This document shows positions 1 through 9,323 of a stretch of 63,012 bases of DNA, in pieces. The stretch is taken from the NCBI GenBank assembly GCA_045613205.1, contig JAZLAO010000143.1, positions 1-63,012 of the forward strand, written 5' to 3'. The first letter of the stretch is position 1. Each line of letters begins with the position of its first letter. This stretch comes from Eubacteriales bacterium. Its GTDB lineage: Bacteria > Bacillota > Clostridia > Oscillospirales > CAG-272. The notes below the pieces were generated by a model. It had not been told where the DNA came from. It saw only the letters and a program-made list of their open reading frames with translations, and did not search any database. Made by a program: the position numbers and the translations under genes.

Positions 1-55
1 GGTTTTTAGTGCTATAATTAGGTAAAATCGAATGAAAGTAAAGGAATGATCGACT

Positions 56-868
56 TTGATTTACCAAAAAATCTTTACAGAAGAGAAGCCGTATCATATA
101 ATGATAGGCAGTCTTTCAAAATTCCCCGAGCATCGACACGCGGATTTTGAGCTTAATTTTTGTATAGATGGTGAGTTTGACATCGTAATGGAGAAAAAGA
201 CATATCACGTTGAGGCGGGCTGCACAACGTTTATTCCGTCAATGTGCTCTCACGCTATTCCGCCTCAGCACTGTGACAGAAACGTCGTCACGCTTATTGT
301 AGGAATGTCACTGTTGAAAAAGGATTTTGCCGAGCTTTCAAGATTTTTTGACAAACCAAAAGTATATGACTTAAAAACTCCGGAAAATCTGAAAATTCTC
401 GAGCTTTTTTCAGAGTGTGTAGACTCTCTTTGTGCAGAAGAGCCGACAGACGAGCTTTTAATAACCGGAAATATATATAAAATTCTATCCTATATGCTTA
501 AAAATTTCACGTCCAGGGAGAAAAAGGACGTGAGTGACGGAGATTTTCGTAAGGTTGAAAACATCGAAAAAGCTCTTGAACTTATATACTATAACTACAA
601 GGAGCCGATTACCGTTGAATACGCTGCAACCCTCACGGGATACAGTAAAAGTAACTTCTGTAAGATTTTTAAAAAGGTTGTAGGCGAAAGCTTTCATCAG
701 GCTCTTAATCGTCAACGGGTAAATAATGCCGCAGGGTTGCTTTATGTGTCTAATATGCCTATTGCCGAAATCTCCGCAGAGGTCGGATTTGGTGAAACTA
801 AAGCGTTTTGCAGAGTATTCAAAAGTGTATATGGGGTGACTCCCGGAGAATATAGAAAAAGAAAATAA
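56..868 (+). CDS. AraC family transcriptional regulator (N-terminal cupin + C-terminal double HTH)
   Basis: H-R-H-x-D-F-E cupin motif; C-terminal AraC signature 'IAEISAEVGFGETKAFCRVFKSVYGVTPGEYRK'; TTG start. Confidence 0.92.
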   Translation: MIYQKIFTEEKPYHIMIGSLSKFPEHRHADFELNFCIDGEFDIVMEKKTYHVEAGCTTFIPSMCSHAIPPQHCDRNVVTLIVGMSLLKKDFAELSRFFDKPKVYDLKTPENLKILELFSECVDSLCAEEPTDELLITGNIYKILSYMLKNFTSREKKDVSDGDFRKVENIEKALELIYYNYKEPITVEYAATLTGYSKSNFCKIFKKVVGESFHQALNRQRVNNAAGLLYVSNMPIAEISAEVGFGETKAFCRVFKSVYGVTPGEYRKRK

Positions 869-942
869 GCGGCTGTCACGCAAATTTGACCAGTCGCTTA
901 TCAAACTAATAGGGTAGCTCAAAGTAAAACCTGAGCTACCCT
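866..942. terminator. Two hairpins between convergent araC-like and kdgK genes (bidirectional terminator region)
   Basis: taagcggctgtca/tgaccagtcgctta (866-900) and perfect AGGGTAGCTCA/TGAGCTACCCT (911-942). Confidence 0.7.
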
Positions 943-961
943 GTTAAATTATATATTAATC

Positions 962-1987
962 TTATCTCTGGATTCTTCCAGAGCCGTCGCCGCCTGCGAG
1001 CTTTTCAACCTCTGCAAGAGTAACCATGTTGTAGTCACCCTCGATGGAGTGCTTAAGAGCAGATGCAGCAACCGCAAACTCAACTGCAGCCTGGCTTGAC
1101 TTTCCGTTAAGGAGAGAGTAGATAAGACCGCCGCCGAAGGAGTCACCGCCGCCTACACGGTCGATGATGTGGAGGTCGTACTTCTTGGAGAAGCAGTATT
1201 CGTCAGCCTTAACGTCGTAGAGCATTGCTGACCAGCCGTTATCAAACGCGGAGCGGCTCTCACGAAGGGTGATAGCAACGTACTCAAATCCGAACTTGTC
1301 AGCGAGCTGCTTTGCAACAGACTTGTAACCGTCGTGGTTAAGCTTGCCGCCGTAGATGTCGGTAGCCTCAGCCTCGATACCGAATACGTCCTTTGCATCC
1401 TCCTCGTTTGAGATGCAAACGTCAACGTACTGACAAAGCTCAGTCATAGCAGCGCGAGCTTCATCTCTTGTCCAAAGCTTACCACGGTAGTTAAGGTCGC
1501 AGGAAATCTTAACGCCCTTAGCCTTTGCAGCCTTGCAAGCGTCCTTGCAGATTTCAACAACGTTTGCTCCAAGTGCGGGAGTGATACCTGTGAAGTGGAA
1601 CCAATCTGCGCCCTCGAAAATGCTATCCCAGTCAAAGTCATCGCGCGATGCCTTTGCAATAGCGGAGTTAGCACGGTCGTAAACACATACGGAGCCTCTC
1701 TGAGAAGCGCCCTTTTCATTAAAGTAGATACCTACTCTGTCGCCGCCGCGAACGATTTTAGAGGTGTCAACGCCATATCTGCGAAGGCTGTTAACAGCAC
1801 ACTGACCGATGGAGTGGGTGGGGAGCTTGGTAACGTAGGAAACGTCTACTCCGTAGTTTGCAAGAGATACGGAAACGTTAGCCTCACCGCCGCCGAAGGT
1901 AAACTCAACGTGGTCGCACTGAACGAATCTTTCGTAGTTGTAGGGCTGGAGGCGAAGCATAATCTCGCCGAAAGTAATAACTTTCAT
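962..1987 (-). CDS. kdgK: 2-dehydro-3-deoxygluconokinase (PfkB family sugar kinase)
   Basis: MKVITFGEIMLRL, GGGEANV, DLNYRGKLW, DRVGGGDSF PfkB/KdgK motifs; start moved to ATG 1987 with RBS. Confidence 0.88.
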   Translation of the reverse strand: MKVITFGEIMLRLQPYNYERFVQCDHVEFTFGGGEANVSVSLANYGVDVSYVTKLPTHSIGQCAVNSLRRYGVDTSKIVRGGDRVGIYFNEKGASQRGSVCVYDRANSAIAKASRDDFDWDSIFEGADWFHFTGITPALGANVVEICKDACKAAKAKGVKISCDLNYRGKLWTRDEARAAMTELCQYVDVCISNEEDAKDVFGIEAEATDIYGGKLNHDGYKSVAKQLADKFGFEYVAITLRESRSAFDNGWSAMLYDVKADEYCFSKKYDLHIIDRVGGGDSFGGGLIYSLLNGKSSQAAVEFAVAASALKHSIEGDYNMVTLAEVEKLAGGDGSGRIQR

Positions 1988-2027
1988 CGTTTTTATTCCT
2001 TTCAAGAATATAATTTTTGTCGCATAT

Positions 2028-2056
2028 ATTATAACACAGTAGAATTTAAAAATCAA
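2028..2056 (-). promoter_or_regulatory. sigmaA promoter of kdgK
   Basis: TTGATT-17-TATAAT on minus strand. Confidence 0.7.
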
Positions 2057-2121
2057 GACTCAAATAGCAAAAATATAAAAGGGACTGTCAGAGCGCGCGA
2101 TGCGTCGTAACAGTCCTTTTT

Positions 2122-2361
2122 TTATGCTTTAATTTCAGCTATGCAAGCTGCACAGATTTTCTTTCCTTTAAACGTAGCAAGGTCCAATCCTCCGCCGCAG
2201 AGGAGGCAAGCATTTTCAAATTTTTTGAGTATAATTTTATCATCCTCAACATAGATTTCAATAGGGTCGGAGCTGCTTATATTCATTTTGGTACGCATTT
2301 CCTTCGGGATAACAATGCGTCCAAGTTCGTCAACGTTACGTACAATACCTGTAGATTTCAA
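2122..2361 (-). CDS. abrB: AbrB/SpoVT family transition-state regulator
   Basis: MKSTGIVRNVDELGRIVIPKEMR...IEIYVEDDKIILKK; C-terminal CLLCG..C. Confidence 0.88.
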   Translation of the reverse strand: MKSTGIVRNVDELGRIVIPKEMRTKMNISSSDPIEIYVEDDKIILKKFENACLLCGGGLDLATFKGKKICAACIAEIKA

Positions 2362-2476
2362 TTCAGTGTTACCTTTCTTAATTAATAAATTGTTAGGGTT
2401 TAAAAATAGAAAGCGTGTGGCAAAAACGCAGTACCAAGACGGATTTTACTGAAGTCACAGTACTGGATTGCTACGT

Positions 2477-2541
2477 ATTATGTAGAAATTTCCTTCGACA
2501 TAATGATACTTAATTTTACCACAACCGGCTTTAAAAGTCAA
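2477..2541 (-). promoter_or_regulatory. abrB sigmaA promoter with downstream Spo0A (0A) box(es)
   Basis: Minus strand TTGACT(2541-2536)-17-TGgTAAAAT(2518-2513); perfect TGTCGAA at 2500-2494 and inverted TGTAGAA at 2481-2487. Confidence 0.75.
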
Positions 2542-2593
2542 GGCAAATGCCTTGTGAGATATGACAATTTTTTTATATTTTTGAGGACATTTT

Positions 2594-3478
2594 TTGACAA
2601 AAAAGGATTATAAACAAAAAATGGAAAAAATATTGAATTATCTGCCGCGAAGGATAGGCGAGGAAATTATGAGGCTATCCTCCTCGCGCGGAGTTGGAAT
2701 TTCGGGAATATCCGAAATACGTTTGCGTGCTTTCGGAAGAAACTCGATAATAATATCGGGAGAGCGTATCTTCCTCTCTGTGCCGTCCTCTTTTGAGGAG
2801 GTTATGCGCACCTTTTCGCTTTTGTGTGAGGGCGCTGTATATGCTCACAGAGACGGTATAAGAGAGGGATATATTTCGCTTCCGCATGGAATTCGTGTCG
2901 GTGTATGCGGAACGGCAAGATATGATGCCGGCTCACTCGTCGGAATAAGTGAAATAAGCTCGCTTGTTTTCAGGATACCGACAGGCGTTTTTTCGGGAAT
3001 CGGACCTCTTTATGAGGCTTATAAAAAATGTGACAAAGGAATGCTGATTTATTCCCCGCCCGGTGTAGGAAAAACTACCGCGCTTCGCGTTCTTACCTCG
3101 CTTGTCGGGGGCGGTCGCTGTCCTGAGCAGGTTGCGGTGATTGACGAGCGGTGCGAATTTGTTGTCGAGGACTATAAGAATTCCTCGGTTGATATACTTC
3201 GTGGGTACAAGCGTGCGGAGGGAATGGAGATTGCGCTTCGCACTTTGTCGCCAAGCGTCATAGTTGTGGATGAGGTGGGAAGAAAAAAGGAGGTAGACGC
3301 TATGCTGGACTCCTTAAATTCCGGTGTGAAAATTGTTGCCTCGGCTCATGCAGGCAGCTACGAGGAATTAGAGAAGAGATCTGCGCTTCTGCCGTTTATT
3401 GAAAGCGATGTGTTTGACGTTTTTGTCGGTATAGTCTTGAAGGACGGATACCGACATATCACCGTGAAAAGAAAATAA
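2594..3478 (+). CDS. spoIIIAA: Stage III sporulation protein AA (ATPase)
   Basis: EIRLR, GYISLPHGIRVGVCG, Walker A SPPGVGKTT, VIDER, ALRTLSPSVIVVDEVG; first of 8-gene operon. Confidence 0.92.
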   Translation: MTKKDYKQKMEKILNYLPRRIGEEIMRLSSSRGVGISGISEIRLRAFGRNSIIISGERIFLSVPSSFEEVMRTFSLLCEGAVYAHRDGIREGYISLPHGIRVGVCGTARYDAGSLVGISEISSLVFRIPTGVFSGIGPLYEAYKKCDKGMLIYSPPGVGKTTALRVLTSLVGGGRCPEQVAVIDERCEFVVEDYKNSSVDILRGYKRAEGMEIALRTLSPSVIVVDEVGRKKEVDAMLDSLNSGVKIVASAHAGSYEELEKRSALLPFIESDVFDVFVGIVLKDGYRHITVKRK

Positions 3479-3960
3479 TGAAATACGTAGGAATTTTACT
3501 TATACTCGTTGCAGCGTGTGCTATCTCACGCGAATTTTCAAAGCAAATGGCGAAAAGAACGGGAGAGTGCAAAGATTTTTTGGCATTTATTGCATACATG
3601 AGAATTCAGGTCGGCTGTTTTCTGAGACCTGTAAAAGAGCTTGGCGAAGGCTTTTCTTCACCCGCGCTTGAAAACGCGGGATTTATGGATTCGCTTGCAA
3701 ATTCCGATTGCATTTTTGATGCGTATAAAAAATGCGAGGCTAACCTATCGCTTTCGAGTCAAGAAAAAGAGGTGCTTGAAACTCTTTTTTCTTCATTCGG
3801 CGAGGGATACCTTGACGATGGGATAAAGCTTATTGATGCTTCTTATTCGGCAATGGAAAAGCTGTACTCTAAGCTTTGCGAGGAAAAAGCAAAAAACACA
3901 AGGCTCGTCACTGCGCTTTCCGTAACGGCGGCACTTGGCATTATTATTTTTGTAATATAG
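3478..3960 (+). CDS. spoIIIAB: Stage III sporulation protein AB
   Basis: Position, N- and C-terminal TM helices, size. Confidence 0.8.
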   Translation: MKYVGILLILVAACAISREFSKQMAKRTGECKDFLAFIAYMRIQVGCFLRPVKELGEGFSSPALENAGFMDSLANSDCIFDAYKKCEANLSLSSQEKEVLETLFSSFGEGYLDDGIKLIDASYSAMEKLYSKLCEEKAKNTRLVTALSVTAALGIIIFVI

Positions 3961-4031
3961 AAAAACAGATTAATGAGTATTACGGCAAAAATCAGTGAGC
4001 TTTGCCACATTAAGCCCGGAGGATGTTGTGA

Positions 4032-4226
4032 ATGGATATTTCACTTATACTTAAAATTGCAGGGGTTGGAATAATAGTTACTGTTATTTGCCAGATGCTT
4101 TCCAAAGCAGGCAGGGACGAGCAGGCTACCTACGTTTCAATTGCAGGTATAATAGTGGCGCTTATGCTTCTTGTAGGTGAGCTCGGCGAGCTTTTTGAAA
4201 CGGTAAAGGATGTGTTCGGAATTTGA
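4032..4226 (+). CDS. spoIIIAC: Stage III sporulation protein AC
   Basis: MDISLILKIAGVGIIVTVICQMLSKAGRDEQATYVSIAG. Confidence 0.92.
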   Translation: MDISLILKIAGVGIIVTVICQMLSKAGRDEQATYVSIAGIIVALMLLVGELGELFETVKDVFGI

Positions 4227-4603
4227 TTTTAAGGCTTATTGGTACAGCTCTTATACTTACAGTTTCCGCCTTTCTTCTGAAAAGCTTCGGATGGCGAGGC
4301 GCTCCGGTTTTTACCGCTGTTGCCTTGATTTTGTTTATATCCGAGTCTGAGGGGGAGCTTGAATACATATTTTCGTCAATAAAAAAGATAGGAAACGAGT
4401 CCGGAATTGACGACGCACTTTCTGCTGCTATAAAGGTGCTCGGTATCGGATATCTTTTTGGAATATGCGCAGATATTTGCCGCGAGCTTTCAGAGGCCGG
4501 AATCGCAAAAGCCGTAGAGGTCGTGGGGCGTGTCGAAATAATAACTGTAGTTATTCCGTATTTCCAAGAAATAATAAAGGTTGGAATAGGACTTGTAAAA
4601 TGA
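4223..4603 (+). CDS. spoIIIAD: Stage III sporulation protein AD
   Basis: KVLGIGYLFGICADICRELSEAGIAKAVEVVGRVEI. Confidence 0.9.
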   Translation: MILRLIGTALILTVSAFLLKSFGWRGAPVFTAVALILFISESEGELEYIFSSIKKIGNESGIDDALSAAIKVLGIGYLFGICADICRELSEAGIAKAVEVVGRVEIITVVIPYFQEIIKVGIGLVK

Positions 4604-5691
4604 AAGTGAAAAAATTCGTTATACTCTTTGCCGTTCTCTTTTTTCTTCTCGGTTATCCCGTCTTTGCAGCAGAGGATGCATCAGAAAAATATTGGCAGGA
4701 TTATCTTGACACGGTACCTGACGCAAGTGTATCTTCCGACCCGTCCGACGTTGTCATGGGGGTAGGTGTGGAATCGCTTATCTCAGAATTTATGTCTGCG
4801 CTGGATAACGGTATAGGTGAAGCGGGCTCGTTTCTTTTATTGCTTCTCGGTGTCGCTCTGCTTATTGCGGCTTCGGAATCGGTGACGCCCATAGAAAACA
4901 GCCGTATTTCGAAAAATTCAGCAGCGGCAATTTCGGTAATATCGTCAGTTCTGATATTTGAAAGGATAGGAAGTCTTTGCTATTCGGTGAGAGACAGCAT
5001 TAATTCTCTTTCAGCCTTCTTTTCCGGGATAATTCCCATACTGACCGGTATACTCAGTGCCGGAGGAAATATAAATTCTGCAACCGCGCAAGCTTTTAAT
5101 ATGAACGTGACATTGGGTGCGGTTTCCTACATAACGACCTCGGTGCTTGTCCCGCTTGTTTTTGCTCTTTTTGCACTTGCACTTGCGGCAAGCACCGATG
5201 GCGGAGCAATATCGTCTGTTGCAAAGGGCATAAAGAATATATTTATGTGGGTTGTTGGAATAGGCACGGCAATTATAATAGGTGCTGTATCTATGCAATC
5301 GGTGATAACAGGGGCGCAGGACAGCGCCTATCTGCGCGCGGCAAAATATGCGGCTACTGGAATGATACCCGTAGTCGGTTCTACTGTTTCGGGAGCACTT
5401 TCAACCCTTGCAGGCGGTCTTTCCTACGTTAAAAGCGTAGTCGGAATTTCGTCGGTGATGGTTATAGTTACGCTGGCGATTTCCCCTCTGATAACAATGC
5501 TTTTATACAGGTTTTCCTTTTCCATAGCGATGACCTTGCTTGGATTCATGGGTTCGCAGGGGGGCGTGCGAAGTTTTTCTGCCTTTCGTTCGTCACTTGA
5601 TGCCTTGATTTCGGTATATTCAATATCCGCTGTCGTTTACATATCCGAGGTTGTGGTTTTTATGAAAAGCGGGGTGAGCGTATTTGGGTGA
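4600..5691 (+). CDS. spoIIIAE: Stage III sporulation protein AE
   Basis: Polytopic membrane protein with AAKYAATGMIPVVGSTVS motif; ATG 4600 overlaps spoIIIAD stop. Confidence 0.9.
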   Translation: MKVKKFVILFAVLFFLLGYPVFAAEDASEKYWQDYLDTVPDASVSSDPSDVVMGVGVESLISEFMSALDNGIGEAGSFLLLLLGVALLIAASESVTPIENSRISKNSAAAISVISSVLIFERIGSLCYSVRDSINSLSAFFSGIIPILTGILSAGGNINSATAQAFNMNVTLGAVSYITTSVLVPLVFALFALALAASTDGGAISSVAKGIKNIFMWVVGIGTAIIIGAVSMQSVITGAQDSAYLRAAKYAATGMIPVVGSTVSGALSTLAGGLSYVKSVVGISSVMVIVTLAISPLITMLLYRFSFSIAMTLLGFMGSQGGVRSFSAFRSSLDALISVYSISAVVYISEVVVFMKSGVSVFG

Positions 5692-6154
5692 ATATCTCGG
5701 CTCGGTAGTTGTTATGTCTGCAATTTTAGGCTTGATTTCATATGTTTCATATCCAAGCGGCTCTGAAAAAACAGTAAAATTCGCTGCATCCGTACTGCTT
5801 TTATATACGGCGCTTACGCCTGTCCTCGGATTCGCGACAAAAATCACAAGCGGTGATACTGACGGCTTTTTTGACGGTATAGACATTGAAAACATCGAGA
5901 CCGACGACGAATACCTTAAGGTTGCCGAGGCGGCCTTTAAGGAGGGGGTTTTCGAGCTGCTGGCATCTGAATTTTCTGTTGATAAGGAAAACGCTGAGGT
6001 TTTCGTTATTGATTTCGATTTTAGAAATATGAGAGCGAAAAAAATAAAGATTTTGCTTTTTGGAAACGGAGCTGTTGCCGATTTTCGAAGAATAGAAGAA
6101 TATATTACCGAGTCGGGACTCGGAGAATGTGAGGTGAACGTTAGGATTGGATAG
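5684..6154 (+). CDS. spoIIIAF: Stage III sporulation protein AF
   Basis: Two N-terminal TMs (KTVKFAASVLLL..LTPV), operon position. Confidence 0.8.
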   Translation: MGEYLGSVVVMSAILGLISYVSYPSGSEKTVKFAASVLLLYTALTPVLGFATKITSGDTDGFFDGIDIENIETDDEYLKVAEAAFKEGVFELLASEFSVDKENAEVFVIDFDFRNMRAKKIKILLFGNGAVADFRRIEEYITESGLGECEVNVRIG

Positions 6155-6572
6155 CACTTTTTTGAAGAGGATGGGAAAGAACAAAAAAATCCTTGCGGTA
6201 GCTTTGATTGCGGCTTTCGGGATTTTGCTTATCCTTGCATCTTCTCACGGTGAAAAAGAAGCTTCGCACACACAGACGGAGAAAATCAGTCTTGAAGAGT
6301 ATAAGAGTGATATGGAAAACGAGATATCAGCGCTGTGCTCCTCTGTATCCGGAGTCGGAAAATGCCGTGTGTTTATAACCTTTGAAAGAGGAGAAGAAAC
6401 CGTGTATAAGGGCTCTTCAGTAGTAGAAACAAGACCGCCGAAGGTCAAGGGTGTTATGATTGCCTGCCGCGGTGCGGAAAGCGACGGAGTAAGAAATCAG
6501 CTGACCGATATGATGACGGCTCTGTTTGATATTGGGTCTAACAGAGTGGCAATTTTGAAATTAAATTCTTGA
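6147..6572 (+). CDS. spoIIIAG: Stage III sporulation protein AG
   Basis: LCSSVSGVGKCRVFIT, PKVKGVMIACRGA, ALFDIGSNRVAI. Confidence 0.88.
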   Translation: MDSTFLKRMGKNKKILAVALIAAFGILLILASSHGEKEASHTQTEKISLEEYKSDMENEISALCSSVSGVGKCRVFITFERGEETVYKGSSVVETRPPKVKGVMIACRGAESDGVRNQLTDMMTALFDIGSNRVAILKLNS

Positions 6573-6577
6573 TTGCG

Positions 6578-6607
6578 GTAATATCGGGCAAATCGGTCTC
6601 ATAGGAT
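6578..6607 (+). promoter_or_regulatory. Possible internal sigmaE-type promoter for spoIIIAH
   Basis: GTAATAT-15-CATAGGAT resembles sigmaE consensus (ATA..-14/15-CATAnnnT). Confidence 0.4.
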
Positions 6608-6642
6608 ATATCAAGTAACGAAAGTAAGGAGAGGTGCATAAA

Positions 6643-7203
6643 ATGCAAAACGAAAAAGTAAAGAAATTTTTTAAATCAAAGTCAGCGCGTAGTGCTGTAA
6701 TTATCGTGGCGGTATTGCTCATAGGTCTTGCCGTTTATCTTAATTACAGATGGTTCTACGACCCAATCAGCTCCCTTGGATACGGTGACAACAATATGGA
6801 TAACAACCTCGATTCGAGCCAGACAACAGGCGGGGAAACAAGCGAAAACGAGAGCGAAAACAATTATTTTACGTCTACTGTTCTTACCCGCAAACAGTCG
6901 AGAGACGAGGCTATTGACGTACTGAAGCTTGTTACGGAAAATGAAGATGCAACCGAGAGCGCTAAGGCGGAAGCAGCACAGAAAATATCGCAGATAGCCG
7001 TTGATATTCAAAACGAGGCAAATATTGAATCTCTTGTGAAGGCTAAAGGATTTGAGGAGTGTGTAGCAGTAATTTCCGACGATTCGGTAAGCGTTATCGT
7101 AAAAGCGGAAACTCTTCAGGCAAATCAGGCTGCACAGATTCTTGCAATAGTTTACGAAACTACCGGAATTTCCCCGGAAAATATCAGCATAATCAACAAG
7201 TAA
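6643..7203 (+). CDS. spoIIIAH: Stage III sporulation protein AH
   Basis: N-terminal TM; R.Q.RDEAIDVL, EANIESLVKAKGFEECVAVI, ILAIVYETTGISPENISII. Confidence 0.9.
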   Translation: MQNEKVKKFFKSKSARSAVIIVAVLLIGLAVYLNYRWFYDPISSLGYGDNNMDNNLDSSQTTGGETSENESENNYFTSTVLTRKQSRDEAIDVLKLVTENEDATESAKAEAAQKISQIAVDIQNEANIESLVKAKGFEECVAVISDDSVSVIVKAETLQANQAAQILAIVYETTGISPENISIINK

Positions 7204-7224
7204 TAACACCGAGTATGAGAAAGA

Positions 7225-7268
7225 AAAATGCAGACCGTCCAATTTTTGCGGCGGTCTCTATTTTTTTT
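7225..7268 (+). terminator. Intrinsic terminator after spoIIIA operon
   Basis: agaccg...cggtct stem followed by T-run. Confidence 0.6.
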
Positions 7269-7278
7269 GATGTTTTTG

Positions 7279-7307
7279 TTGACAGTGTGAGCGTTATATG
7301 ATAAAAT
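7279..7307 (+). promoter_or_regulatory. sigmaA promoter of asd
   Basis: TTGACA-17-TAAAAT with extended TG. Confidence 0.8.
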
Positions 7308-7346
7308 AATATGTATCAAATATTAAATATATAATGGAGAAAAACA

Positions 7347-8426
7347 ATGAAAAAATTAAAAGTAGGCATTATCGGTGCAACAGGTATGGTAGGTCAGAGA
7401 TTTGTTCTTCTGCTTCAGGACCATCCTTTCTTTGAAATATCAGCTCTTATAGCAGGTCCTCGCTCTGCGGGACAGAAATACTCCGATGCAGTATCAGGAA
7501 GATGGAAAATGACCGTTCCCTGTCCTGATTCAGTAAAGGAAATGGTGGTTATATCCTCCGACGAGGTGGAGAAGGTTGGCGAAATTTGCGACTTTGTTTT
7601 CTGCGCGGTTAATATGTCCAAGGACGAAACCCGTGCGCTTGAAGAAAGATATGCAAAGGCGGAAATACCGGTCGTATCAAATAACTCCGCACACAGATGG
7701 ACACCCGACGTTCCAATGGTTATTCCGGAAATCAACGACGCTCACCTTGAGGTTATTGCGGCACAAAGAAAGCGCCTCGGAACCAAGCGCGGATTTATAG
7801 CGGTTAAGCCTAACTGTTCGATTCAGTCATACGTAGGAGCGCTTACTCCTCTCAAAAAGTACGGAATCAAGGAAATTGTAGCAACAACCTATCAGGCAAT
7901 AAGCGGTGCGGGCAAAACCTTTAACGAATGGCCCGAAATGATAGATAACCTTATCCCCTTTATAGGCGGAGAAGAGGAAAAGAGCGAAAAAGAGCCTCTT
8001 CGCGTATGGGGAACTGTTGAAAACGGTGAGATAGTTCCGGCAACCTCGCCTATCATAACAACCCAGTGTCTTCGTGTTCCGGTAAGCGACGGTCATATGG
8101 CGGCAGTTTTCGTAAAGTTCGAGAACAAGCCCACCAAGGAACAGATTCTTGAGGATTGGAAAAACTTTTCCGGCAAACCGCAGAGCCTGGGACTCCCCTT
8201 AGCTCCGGAGCAGTTCATAACCTATTTTGAGGAAGATAACCGTCCTCAGACTAAACTGGACCGCGATCTTTACGGCGGAATGGGTGTTTCGGTAGGCAGA
8301 CTCCGCGAGGATTCGGTTTACGATTATAAATTCGTCGGACTTTCTCATAACACTCTTCGCGGAGCGGCAGGAGGTGCCGTTCTTATCGCTGAGCTGCTTT
8401 GCAAGGAAGGATTTTTTGACAAATAA
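7347..8426 (+). CDS. asd: Aspartate-semialdehyde dehydrogenase
   Basis: GIIGATGMVGQ, catalytic KPNCS, TYQAISGAG, CLRVPVSDGH, SHNTLRGAAGG. Confidence 0.96.
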   Translation: MKKLKVGIIGATGMVGQRFVLLLQDHPFFEISALIAGPRSAGQKYSDAVSGRWKMTVPCPDSVKEMVVISSDEVEKVGEICDFVFCAVNMSKDETRALEERYAKAEIPVVSNNSAHRWTPDVPMVIPEINDAHLEVIAAQRKRLGTKRGFIAVKPNCSIQSYVGALTPLKKYGIKEIVATTYQAISGAGKTFNEWPEMIDNLIPFIGGEEEKSEKEPLRVWGTVENGEIVPATSPIITTQCLRVPVSDGHMAAVFVKFENKPTKEQILEDWKNFSGKPQSLGLPLAPEQFITYFEEDNRPQTKLDRDLYGGMGVSVGRLREDSVYDYKFVGLSHNTLRGAAGGAVLIAELLCKEGFFDK

Positions 8427-8568
8427 TCAGCTCGCTCTGTGCGTCAGCCAGCCAATTTCTTAAAGAAAAATCGTGTTTTGTAATATAAAATGCGAAAATT
8501 TGGTGATTTTTAATAAATCGCTCAAGTAAAATTTGGCGTTTATAAGCCCGATAAAGAGTGACGCCCTA

Positions 8569-8597
8569 TTGACTTTTTGTCAAAAAGTATATATAAT
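8569..8597 (+). promoter_or_regulatory. sigmaA promoter of lipoprotein cluster with overlapping palindrome
   Basis: TTGACT-17-TATAAT; ACTTTTTG-T-CAAAAAGT palindrome at 8572-8588. Confidence 0.65.
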
Positions 8598-8643
8598 AAT
8601 TATAATAAGTTTATATGCAACGAAAGGCAAAATGGGTACTAAA

Positions 8644-9294
8644 ATGAAAAAAATTATATCATTGCTTCTCGCTACCGTCTGTTTGTTTGCTCTTTTTTCG
8701 TGTGGCGATTCTTCGGTAGAGGATTTCACGAGAATTGTTTCGTCATCCGAACCTACGAAAATTATTACAAATACGTCTTACGATAACGGTAGTGACGTTT
8801 TGAGGGGTTCTTATGAAACGCAAATTTACGGCGCGGATTTTATGATGGCCTACAACTATGAGGATTATGTAACACCTGCTCCCGGAGTAGATCCGGACGA
8901 ATACATAGCTAAGCACGAGGGCAAGGTTTACTATCATGACGGTCTCTATTCTACTGACGAGGGAAAAACCTGGACAACCGGCACTCCGAGTGAAACTGCC
9001 AGACAGGTTAAGTTTGACCTTGGCGCAGCAGATATTGCGGATTACACCTTAAGTGAGGACGGTAAGACCTTGAGCTTCACCGTATCTGCCGAGGACGCAG
9101 AAAAGATTCTTGGAGTCAAGTTGAGTGCGACTGAGGACGGCGTTGAAATTAAGGTTGTTCACGACGGAAACAATCTCAGACAGATTCGCGTTTCTTATTC
9201 TACTGAAAACGCAACGATTGTAACGCTTGAAACGTCTTACTCTTACAGTGAGGTAACGTCTCCTTTTGCTAACGGTGACGCTGCTACGAAATAA
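8644..9294 (+). CDS. Uncharacterised lipoprotein, paralog 1
   Basis: MKKIISLLLATVCLFALFSC lipobox; beta-rich body. Confidence 0.8.
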   Translation: MKKIISLLLATVCLFALFSCGDSSVEDFTRIVSSSEPTKIITNTSYDNGSDVLRGSYETQIYGADFMMAYNYEDYVTPAPGVDPDEYIAKHEGKVYYHDGLYSTDEGKTWTTGTPSETARQVKFDLGAADIADYTLSEDGKTLSFTVSAEDAEKILGVKLSATEDGVEIKVVHDGNNLRQIRVSYSTENATIVTLETSYSYSEVTSPFANGDAATK

Positions 9295-9323
9295 GAGAAA
9301 CTTGAAAGAAAGGCGTGAATGAA

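Noticed and set aside
1595-2110. Antisense/shadow ORFs (e.g. 485-922, 1595-2110, 23032-23733, 40570-41181, 53034-53597, 62290-62976)
   Set aside because: They lie opposite well-supported genes, lack RBS or family motifs, and reflect codon bias of the real strand.
2400-2480. Riboswitch in the long abrB leader
   Set aside because: Only weak alternative stems (cagtac/gtactg); no recognisable aptamer consensus.
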